DNA of 64,000 bases from Schmidtea polychroa (Eukaryota), in NCBI GenBank assembly GCA_044892525.1, contig CM097885.1:49538001-49602000 (forward strand), given 5' to 3'. The notes under the pieces are model-generated. The model was not told the DNA's origin and ran no database searches. It saw nothing but the letters and a program-made list of their open reading frames with translations. Every line of letters starts with the position of its first letter. The stretch's first letter is position 1. Made by a program: the position numbers and the translations under genes. Of the stretch, positions 50,701-62,700 are shown one piece after another.

Positions 50701-53700
50701 GATCATTAGTGTCAGTGACTGTATCTAAATAAAATTTTATTTTTTAATTTTCCAAATCATTTGATTTTTAATTATATGTAATTTTATCTTTCAGATTTGT
50801 CTCTCAAAATGTTGTCCACAACCGAAAGGAATATTTGCCAAACGTTATTATCATTCTCTCTATATATTTTCAGTTGACAATCAGTACGTAATTCACTTTT
50901 AACTTTTATTCACAATCATAACCGATTTGTATTTTTAATTTTACATAATAACAAATTACCTTGACAAAAGAGTTTTAATGCTAACAGAAATAAAAACGAT
51001 AATGTAATAATCTGTGAAAAGTTTCCTTTACTATCAGTAATTATACAAAAATATAGTAACCTTGACCTCACCTTAGGGTTTTCATTCTAACATTATCTCA
51101 GATATGTATGTTGTGAAAACTTAGATAAAATATTGACAAATGAATATATGATAAAAGTCAATTCCGACAAATAAAGTGAAAGAGTCAATTCAACACTTGC
51201 TAGCACTTGCTAGAATAGCACTATATACTTTTTGGACTTCAGTGTTTCAATTTTAAATCATTTAATAATGTGTGTTGTAATTTGTTTCAACAACAGTTTC
51301 GTCGTACATATCCTGGTTAATGTAAAATAATACGTTGATAAAGACAGTTGCAAAATCTTAAATTTGAATGGCATTAATTATTTCAATTGGAAAATAGTAG
51401 TCACATAGATAACGAATAAAATTTTAACCAAATTCTTGAAAGGAAATTCATGCTTAAAAAATTCCGAATAAATTTTATAAATTATAAAAATAAACATCTA
51501 TTTCATCTCAAAAATATTTATTATAAATATAATATTTAAACAACCGTTTTTTTTATTAAAATAAAAAAACGATTTCGAATTGGATTTTCAGTTGATTTTT
51601 CACCAATTTTATAACTTGATTTGACTTGATTTTTCTTAACGCATTGATAAATTGATACGATAATCGGCAGAATGAGTAAAACGAGAATCATAAATAAACA
51701 GAATATTACAAATCCTGTGGTAAAGGATTTAAAGTTGGTTTTAAAATGTTTAATTGATATGTACATATCGGTACATGGAGTGAAAGATGTTGAAAAGGAT
51801 ATCGACAAATTGACTGAATTATCATTTACTATAATATTTATAAAGTCACCATTATTGACAGATGATTGTTTGATAAAGAATGTCACAAATGTGACTTATT
51901 GTTTTGCTGTTTTAAGATGTAAAAAGATTGAAAATATAATAATCTCATTTAGAATAGAATGTCAATTGGTCCAAGTTGTTTAAATAAGCTTTTGAGAATG
52001 GCTTATAAGTTAAGAATTACCAGTTTTGCGTTATTACGAATCGTAAGGTTGGGTTCAACATCTATGTTTAAATCATTTCAAATCGTTAGAATATTTAATA
52101 TTATATTTCAATTATTTTAGAAAAAAAATTTAAGTCTTCCTTTCGAAATACAGCCGGAACTGTTTCATTAGAAAATGCACATTTTGGTTTTGATTATTTT
52201 TTTCTTTTTGACGAATAGAAAAATAGCTAAGTTTGGTAAAATACGAAAACCACTTTGTTATTGTTTACGATACCTTTATTTAATTTTTATATTTAAATAT
52301 TTTATATTTTTCCTATATTTAGAATTTAGAATTAATAGGAATAAAACGATAATAAAATATAAAAATTTTTTTTAAAATTCCTTTGCCGCTATTAAAGGAT
52401 AGGTACGGAAAATAAGAGACTCTTGTAAATGATTAGTATGCTATACTGGACGAAGTGGTTCTTTTATTGTGCCGATTATGCCGATCTCCCTTGGTGTAAT
52501 CCATCTTAAATTTCCAGAATTTACAGAGATCTATTTATATATATTAAACTTTTAGTTATTATTATAATTAACTAAATCAAGTGAAGTGTGACATAAAAGA
52601 AAATTAAGAATGAAATTTTCTACTCATACTTTTGAGGTATTATTTTCTACGGTAGTTTTACGGTATCATTTATTTTACATTTCTTACATTTCTTAATTAT
52701 AAATATAATTCTGTTATTTTAACTTGGATGATTTATTAAGGAAAGATTATGGATGAGAGCATATATTTGAAGCTATTTAAACGTAAAATTCTGTTAGTCT
52801 CAATTTTGTAATTTACTTCAAACATATGAAAATATGGTTAACAATATGACAGAAAATTAATAAAATTTTGTTTTAAACCTAAACAATTTTAAACACAAAA
52901 TCTGAAAATAATACAATAATTAAAACAAATAACGTGCTGAATGCAAATTTATAATCTTATTTTCAGTAATATTTAATATTCGTCAAATGTAAAATTAACG
53001 AAATGGAATCTTTTTATTTTATTATTAAATTTAGAGTAATAATTGTAAATTTCAGATTCCGACAGAAATGTCAACACATTGTGGACAAAAAATGTTTTGA
53101 TTATCTGGTGCTATTTTTTATTACTTTAAATTGTATTACTCTTGCCATGGAAAGACCTTCAATTCCTCCGCATAGTAAGGTAAATTAAATTGTATTCGAA
53201 TTCTATACTGTAAAAAAATATATAGCAATATATATCAAATAATTAAAACGAGAAATTTATTCAATTTATTCATTATTTAAATATTTTAATCTGTAGCAAA
53301 ATGTGAGATTTTTAAATTTCTTAAAGTAATTCATAATTCATAATTATTTTCATAATTCCACAAAATACAAGATATTTATTGTAATATTAAAATATATATC
53401 CAATTAATAAATTTAATATAATGTTTTGGTATATTCATGAACTCTAAATTGATTTAATTTTTTTATTTTGTAATTATTTAACAATTTAAATTGAAAAATT
53501 AACATAAAAGATTCCTACAAAACTATATGCTTGATGGTCGCAATCATAGATCAACCGATATTCGAAAAATTAAATCAGATTTAGCAACACTTTATTACAT
53601 AAGTGAACTATTAGGGAATTTTCAATTGACAGAGAAGTTTCATGGCGGATATTATGCAAATAATATAATTGACCTTTTGGGCAATTATATAACAATTATA

Positions 53701-56700
53701 ATTATCTATACGAACCTTAATTACATTGCAGTTTATCTTACAATTGACTTTTATCAATCCAATAGGCATTATGAAGTTGTCATACCTTCATGAATCATTT
53801 AAGTAGAATGAAGCAACGAAAATATTTTCATATTACCATCGCTTCATTAATATCAGCATTTTTAATGTTCTCATAATTATTAATAATTAAACATTGAATA
53901 CCTAAATTTATCAAGTTTACAAAATTCAATACAGATTCATAAATTATGATAAAAAGCCAAAAAAATAAATGCTGTTAAAATCAAAATATTTTGTTTAGAT
54001 TGTCATGTCTGATTTTTAAATTTTATTAAAATATTTTAATGATTATTTAGTGAATATGTCAAGCGTTATTGGCAAGATCATTGGATCCGAAAAAGAATGT
54101 GCAAAATGCTGCAAATATTTTTAATAGTTAAATTATTAAGTTACATAGTTTTATTTTTTGAAAATTTATTTTAAGAACTAGCTATAAAATTGGCAAAAAT
54201 CATAAATTATTATATAGTAGATAACAGCTAAAAAAGAATTAATGGTCCAAATTGGGCAAAATTATGCATCATTCGAAAGAGGAAAGTAAATTTTCGAATA
54301 AAATTAAAATAAAAATGCCATGTTGTTGTTCAAAATTTAAAGTTATAATAAAATTTTCCATTTGGTGATTTTAATTAATCGTTATTCCGTAATCACTCAT
54401 TCACATACATTTTTTGCTCGAGTTTTTGGAGAACGCATCTATCACATAAAAACATTGATAGGTATATAAAGATTGATTGTTTAAATTAAAATTAACTTAT
54501 TAGTGGATATAATATGATTTAGAAAATTGTAAACTATATATATTATAAGAACATTTTTTCCATTTTGTTTATTAAAAATAGCTTGAAGACTATAAATAAG
54601 TAATATATCGATGTTTTTGATATTCACGAATTTCACTTGAAAATTCACTTGAAAATGGCAGTGCCGAAAATTCGTGAATATATGAAATATATATGAAATT
54701 AAATAATCAAAGAAAGAATCAAAGTTTTATGAATTGAAAATCGCCAGCTAAATGTATTAAAATATAACATTACTATATATTGTGCATAGATCAAATTTTT
54801 TCACCTTCCGAACTTGACAACATATTAACTTCAACATCAATAGGATCATTACCTTCAAATAAACCTGTGCAAGGATCCATTTACCAACTGTTTCTTTTGT
54901 CATGTGCTCAAGAAAAATTTAAAATACGTGGATGATAAAGACCATGCACAAAAATTAATCCTCTCACCATATTTCGCTTATATTTATATTCACAAAAGCT
55001 CTCGGGAGTATTATAAAGACCAGTATCAGTCGCTTTTCTGTAAATTTCAATCTGATAGCCTATTTCCTTCCGTTGCATAAGCAAATCTAAAAACGATATC
55101 CTAGAAATTTTTTCTTCTTCACACGAAAATTTGATATTTATATGCAAATCATTCATATAATCTAAGAAAGGCTTTAAATACGATTTTCAAACACTAAATA
55201 AATATCATCATTATAACGTTTAGAACAGTTGGTTTAATTTGATTGTATGATGAAATTTTCTTTTCTAAACTTGACATGAAAATAGATGTCATTGTTGGAC
55301 CCATAGCAACACCATCAACATGTTTGTACCACTAATTGTTAAAAAGAAAATCCACATTCGACGTTGTAAATTCAACTAATTTACGAATTTCAATTTCAAC
55401 AACTTTCTCATGTTCGATAGCATTTTCTTTCCTAATCATGCAACATAAATCAATCGTTTCTGATAAGAGGACATTCGTTAAAAGACTACCCACATCAAAT
55501 GATACAATAAATTCATCTGTAAGAAAAGCTTTATTAAAATACTTTTTAGTTTGATACAATTTGATTACAATAATTATTTGTTGATTTGTTTGAATATTCT
55601 TATTTTCATTTAGTTGTTATTAATACGATTCCTAGTCTGAAGAAGACTGTTAAACCTTCGAAATATATAACAATGTTATATTTTAATATACTTAGTTGGA
55701 GATTTTCAATTATTTTTGAAAATAGTTTAATTCGAAAAATAATTGATTATTTAAATTATATTAAAAAAAATGTTATAAATAATAAATCTATAATATCTAT
55801 AGTTTCTTCAATCATATCTAATGATGACAGTAAAACAGTCTAATTTTAATAATTAAATCGTTGCCATGTTTGTTTCATTCATCTTTTTTTACATTGAAAA
55901 TTTGACTAAGCATACAGTAATTTAGGAATTTTGATTTTTTTAATTTATACCACGAATCAGTTTGGTTAAAATGTTCCAAAATTTTCTAAGATTATTTTAT
56001 TTATAATGGAATAATTTATAGTTTTAACTATGAAATATCTACAGAATTAATTAATGGATAAATTAAAAGTCGTATTTAAATATGATTATTAACTACATTT
56101 TTCACAATATAAAACATCATACATAATTTAGTTAATAAAACAAACATAAATTATAAATTATTAGTTTTTATCAGTATGTGTTATTATTCGTTTAATTATA
56201 CTAGTTCAGTCTGCCAACAAAATTAATGTTTCGTAATGTCGGCGAGTTACATAGAAAATTGTATTGAGCCATAAATTACCGTTCTCCATTTTAGATAGGA
56301 ATAAACAAAAAAACGTTAATGCAGTCTGTTTTACATTTCAACAAAATCTTTTACAATAACGTCAAAATGTAGCTAAATTTTATTTGCAAGAAATAAATTT
56401 CCGGCCACAGATTCATGTACAAAATTTACTCTAGAAAGAAATAATTTCACATTAACCACCAAGATGGGGGAATTTGTACACAATACATCTGCAATAATTG
56501 AAACAAATGTACGATGGATATGACATCCTGTTTCATTGACTGTTTTTTTCAGAAATCACAACTGGATTTTTTTCCTCAAACAAAAATTATCTTTAAATCA
56601 ACTGTTGATAGTTTTTCTTTACCTATTTAATAAAAATAATTTATTAGTATAGAAATATTTATTAAATTACTTTGAATTTAATTAATATTTTTATAATATT

Positions 56701-59700
56701 AAATGTTTAAAAACTTTCAGTTTTCTAATAATATATTGAAACAATTGTTCTTTATTTCACTGAATTATTATTATTTTATCGGAAATTACTCTCATATTTG
56801 ACAAAAATAAAACCATTCTCTTAAAAGAAAATTATTTGTCAAAACGTACTATTGTTAAATACGAGACTTTGCTATGTTTTAATGAGAATATGCGGAGCTC
56901 TTCTCCACTTTGATTGTGATATATATTCTTTATTAACATGTATGTCAAGGTTCTATATTTAATAAAACTTCGTTTCTTTCTCTTGTTTAACTCATTGGTT
57001 TCTTTTACTTTGTGGTTGTTTCATTTCTTTCCTTTTTGAATAATTGTATTATGTTTGCCTCTTTAAATTTTGAATGACACAAACTATGAAATAATTTAAT
57101 ATAAGATTAAAATCGGATTTAAATTTTCTTTCATGTAATGTTTTAATTGAAAAATTCAATCAATTATAATTTTTTCATTTAGAAATTCTTTTTTAATCTA
57201 AATTAAAAAAAAACAAATCTCAAATTAATTAGATATTTTTAACTAATATTGTAATTGGAAAATGTCAGTTTTTTGCTAACAAAATAAATTAAAAATTATA
57301 CAAATAAATAACAAGATAAACAGTTTTGTGCAAAGTTTCACTTTATAAATATTTTGCAGTAAAGGCTTATTCATTTACTTGCTTAATATTGTAATTAAAA
57401 TAATAATTTTTTTAATCAGTTTGCATTATATTTGAATGAATGATATAATTTTGTGTTTATTACAATTGTTCTCCTTCACTTTTTTGATAAACCAGCAATT
57501 TTTAGTTCTTAAAATAATTAAAAAATATTTAAAATTATAATTGATATTTACAGTTAATTTTAATTTTACATATTTAATTAAAGTTAATTAATTCTACATA
57601 TTTATTATCACATTATAACAATGATTCTTATTTGAATAGAATCATTGATACTATCATAACTGATTTAACCCATTACCACGCACTATACTCACATGGCTAC
57701 ACTTGTTAAAGGCGTGATTTCATGTTTTTCTATAATGATAATCCTGGAAGTAGTGACCCATTTAAACAGTATATGGCGCAGGAGTTTTTTCCATTTTCTC
57801 CATATTTTTGTTATAAATGTTCTAATTTACCCAATATATCACAATAAATTACGATTAAAAGAAATTTTGACTTGTAGTTTTCTTTTGGGCGTTAATGGGT
57901 TAAATAAATAAATAGAATGAAATTCGCAAACTTAGTGGTAAAATAAATGATCATTTTCTATATTCCATAAAAGCATTCTCAAATAAATAAACGATCAGTT
58001 CAATGATTATTTAAGAAGTTTGAAAAATCAGTCGTCAGTCCATCGTAACACTGCCAAAAAATCATCAATGTTTAAATTCATATTATTGGTTTTTAATTAT
58101 TTCCTAATTTAAATAATTGTATTAACTAGATTTATTATTGTTTTTAATTATGGTAAATAAATAAATAAAAATTTTCGAAAAAATTTTGAGATAGACTAGA
58201 ACAAAGAATGTGAGTTATACAATGAAAAAAATTATTCGACATCTGGAAAAATTAAAAGTTTCATGGGGGTCATTTTTTAACGCATCATTTTTAAACCTGA
58301 CTCACCTTCTAGCAAAACAATGAATCATCGCTAGAACCATCGTTTCAAGAATGAGTAATTTCTTTGTGAGCCAAAGAGCATACATCTCTCTGTATACCCT
58401 ATCTACCTTAGCCTCAGCGCATCGCATTTACCAGCAAATGTAGTACAATCAAAAAGACTACTAGGTCCACTTGTATACATACTCTGAGTGCGAACGCTGG
58501 TGGTGTGATAAAATTAATTCTTTGATGACATTTTGATTACTTTTCAAATTTCATTTGAACTCAATGAAATAAATTATTATTTTATTCATATAATAAATAA
58601 ATACATAATATTTAAAATAATACAAAAATTAGTTAAAATTAAATTATTAGGATTTGTCTAATTATGTATCAATAAAAAATAATAATTCGTGATATTATCT
58701 CAAAACTCAATTGAAAAACATAAATATTTAATTTAATTTCCTAAAGGAAATATCTCCGATATTGATTGCACTTATATTTTTTATTATTCTAGGAGCGACT
58801 GTTTCTTACTGTGACAAATTATATATTCACCATAATATTCACTGGAGAAATGATCGTAAAAGTATTATCAAAAGGATTACTTATTGGTGATCAGGCATAT
58901 CTGAAAAGTGGCTGGAATATAATGGATGGTTTTCTTGTTTTTATATCCCTTCTCGACTTGTTTATAACAATTTCATTGGGACACAGCAACAGAATATTTG
59001 GGATTTTGAGAGTGTTTCGTCTACTTAGGACTTTACGGCCATTGCGGTAATTAGTTATTTGAATATAAAAGCATGTTTAATATTTCACTTATAAATTTGG
59101 TTTACAAGAGTCATATTTATTTTTCAACGGATATTTCCAATAATTTTATTGAGCACTTCTTACTCATATGAACATGTCCATTATGCTCAATGAAAAGTGA
59201 GCTTTAAAAAAAGGTCAAATATTTAATTGGGAAAAAGAATTTTAATCCTTATATTCGAAGAATTTTATTTTGAATTTGGTTGGATATTAATGATAGTGAT
59301 AAATAGTGATGAGTATTTGAGTGGAAGCAAGAAGGCAACCAGATTATCAGTTCAGTAACGGTAGTAGCGGAGTTGTGTATTAAAACTTATTATCAAAAAC
59401 ATCTTTTCCATTTTCATTCAAATTATACAAAATAATTTTTTTGATTTATTTATATTATTTATAACTATTTTTTTATTGATTTGTTCGGATATGAATAAAT
59501 GAATGAAGAAATAATAATTATATTAGTCATTGGAATAGTTCAGCGCAGGCGAATATTTTTGACAAGAGGTAACAATTAAATTTATTTTTTCAAAATATCA
59601 ACCTACGGGTCAAGTATTATTTTAGTTATTATAATTTTAACAAAAATTCATGTAAATATAATATGATTTTATTTATTATACATTAATTTGATATATATTC

Positions 59701-62700
59701 AAACACATTCGTATGGTTATTATTTTATAATTTAAAAACACAAAACAACTTGTGGGTCACTTGAATTATAATAAAATGCTAGTTACTTTATGTGTGATCA
59801 TTGTTATTTATCTTGGGGATTGAAATCGGGTTCTCGTCGATTGCGGAAATTTCTCGTCTGGCCTTCTTTAAATCGATTAAATTTTAAAAAATATGGAAAT
59901 AAAATAATTTATTGGAAAATATTAACCGTTTGCGGACGGAATTAATTTTAATAAGTAGTTTATATTTTAGCATAATTTTTTAGTATACGAATGTCCGATA
60001 TCGTGGTATGATTTTTTTTAAGTTTGGCCAGCAAAGCTGGCCATTATACATTGTAGAACGTCTGGAACAAAATTCGTGGTGAGCATTGCTGGCCTACCGT
60101 CCACTATCGTATAATTGATTGAAATTTTAAAAAAGATTGTTCTTCAAAAAATCTCCTCACCAGTCATTTTGAAAAATTGACAACTCTGTGACAAACATAT
60201 ACAAAAGAATGTCGAATCCAAATTGTTTACTTTCTACATATATATTTTAGTAAACATAATATTACTGTTGTTAATATCGTTTTATGGCAAACCTATTATC
60301 GTTTTCAAAACATAAAATTTAATTTTGACTTTTCATTCAACAACCCTAATTTAAATCTAACTTATAATGACTATTTTTAATATTTCAAGGTTGTTTCATT
60401 CTTAGATCTAGGTATCGTCCATAATACTGTCAATATTACCAAGTATTACATAGACTGATTTAATTGTTTCTATCAGGTGGTAAAATGCCTCTTTCAATTC
60501 AATCTTAACTCAGCACTTACTCGACTTTTTAACTTATCAATAAGTACATTTTTAAAAGGAACCGAAAATGTACCTAAATAAATTCAAACAAGTTTTTTTG
60601 AGCATTAATTCTTTTGCCTTGTGTAATGGACATATAAAATGAAGTATTTAATATTTATAAAAACGGGTCGTGAAGATATGTCGCCTGACAAATAATTTTA
60701 TTCAAGTACGAATAAATATATTATTATAATAGTTATTATATAAATAAAAATCTATTCTAAAGCACTTTTATTTTAAATTATTTAGGGTCATCAGTCGGGC
60801 ACCAGGTCTGAAGCTTGTTGTGCAAACATTGTTATCCTCGTTGCGACCTATTGGCAATATAGTACTAATCTGTTGTACATTTTTCATAATTTTTGGAATT
60901 TTAGGAGTCCAGGTAAATTTAATGGTTCAAAATTTAACTAATTTTAATTACTTTTTCAGCTGTTTAAAGGAAAGTTTTACTATTGTGATGGTCCGCATTT
61001 ACAAACTGTGAAAACCAAAAACGATTGCATAAAGTACAGTCAAAATGAATGGAAAAATCAGAAATACAATTTCGACAATCTGGGACAAGCATTAATGGCT
61101 TTATTTGTATTGTCTTCCAAAGATGGGTGGGTTCAAATTATGTATACTGGAATTGACGCTGTTGGTGTAAACATTNNNNNNNNNNNNNNNNNNNNNNNNN
61201 NNNNNNNNNNNNNNNNNNNNNNNNNNNNNNNNNNNNNNNNNNNNNNNNNNNNNNNNNNNNNNNNNNNNNNNNNNNNNNNNNNNNNNNNNNNNNNNNNNNN
61301 NNNNNNNNNNNNNNNNNNNNNNNNNNNNNNNNNNNNNNNNNNNNNNNNNNAACGAATGGGCATTGATATATTTTATATCGTTTTTACTCTTAGTGGCATT
61401 TTTTGTTTTAAATATGTTTGTCGGAGTGGTAGTGGAAAATTTTCACAAGTGTCAGGAAAATCAAGAGAAAGAAGAAAAGGCACGGCGTGCAGCAAAACGA
61501 GCTCGGCGCCTGGAAAAAAAACGAAAACGTAATTTTGTTTATTAAATAATTTAATTCATTGTGTTAAGGTTTCTGATGTAAATATAGACTATATATATAA
61601 ACAAATTTGACAAATGACACAAATATTATTCATTATTTAAGCCAAAGTAGCTTTTCAGTAATATATTTTATTTTTTTGGAATTTCATTTATTTTTATTGT
61701 GATATTTTGTCATAATGAAAATAAATGAAATATCAAAACTGTAGATTTTGTTTTAAATATATATAAATGTTGAAATTTAAATGAAATTTTTATAAAATAA
61801 ATTTAAATGAAATTGGTGAAGTAAAATTTGACTAAAACATTGTAAGGAAAATGGGGTACTGTAAAAAAGTTTGAATCCCCTTGTATTCCCAACTAACATT
61901 TTAACATTTAGATTTTCGTCCAAGTTACCCGTATTTCAATAAAGCTTTGAACCTTTAATCAACTTTTTCTTTTTATCATCACTACCATAACTCATAGAAG
62001 AAAGACATGTGTTTATAGTATATCCATTATAATTTAAAATATTTTCAATTATTGCCTTGTTAGTACATGTATTGGTTCCTCCTTCAATTTTGATATTATT
62101 AAAACCAAGAATAACTTCTTTGTAAAGCATATGAAAAAAGTAGCATCTGCTTTTGTTAAATCTTTTTTTATCTTTATCAACAACCTTTACTTGATCAGTA
62201 ACTAATCTATCATTCAAATCCAAATATTCAGTTTGAGAACCAATAAATTAAAATTTAACATCATTTCTGCTATCAGTGAGAGAATTCATGGGAAATACTT
62301 CTTCAAAAGTGCCATTTTCCATAATGAGGATTGATCACATAGACAAAATTCGAATTTGCCACAAATCATTTTTCAAATATAGTTCCATGGCCTTTTATTC
62401 CATGACGTTTTCATTGGTCATTTTATACTTGAAAACCGAGTTTTTTACATTTCTTTGTCGATTAGTTGTTTTAGTTGGTGATGGTGATAATAATTTGTCG
62501 TTTTGAAACATAATTGCAAAATTTGGTAAAACTTTGCCTATTTCAGCGGTTTTTATACCGAAACTACCAAGTCATTTAAATGTTGGAAGTGCAAATCTAC
62601 CAGTTGTCCGCAATCAACTTGAACCATACAATTTACCGATAAAATATGGTAAGTCTACACCATTTTGACTAGCACTGTACATTGAAATAATATCGTTATT

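Noticed and set aside
51536-51886. 116-aa minus-strand ORF with a hydrophobic stretch as a nested gene
   Set aside because: GTG start, upstream in-frame stop, no motif; expected by chance in AT-rich DNA.
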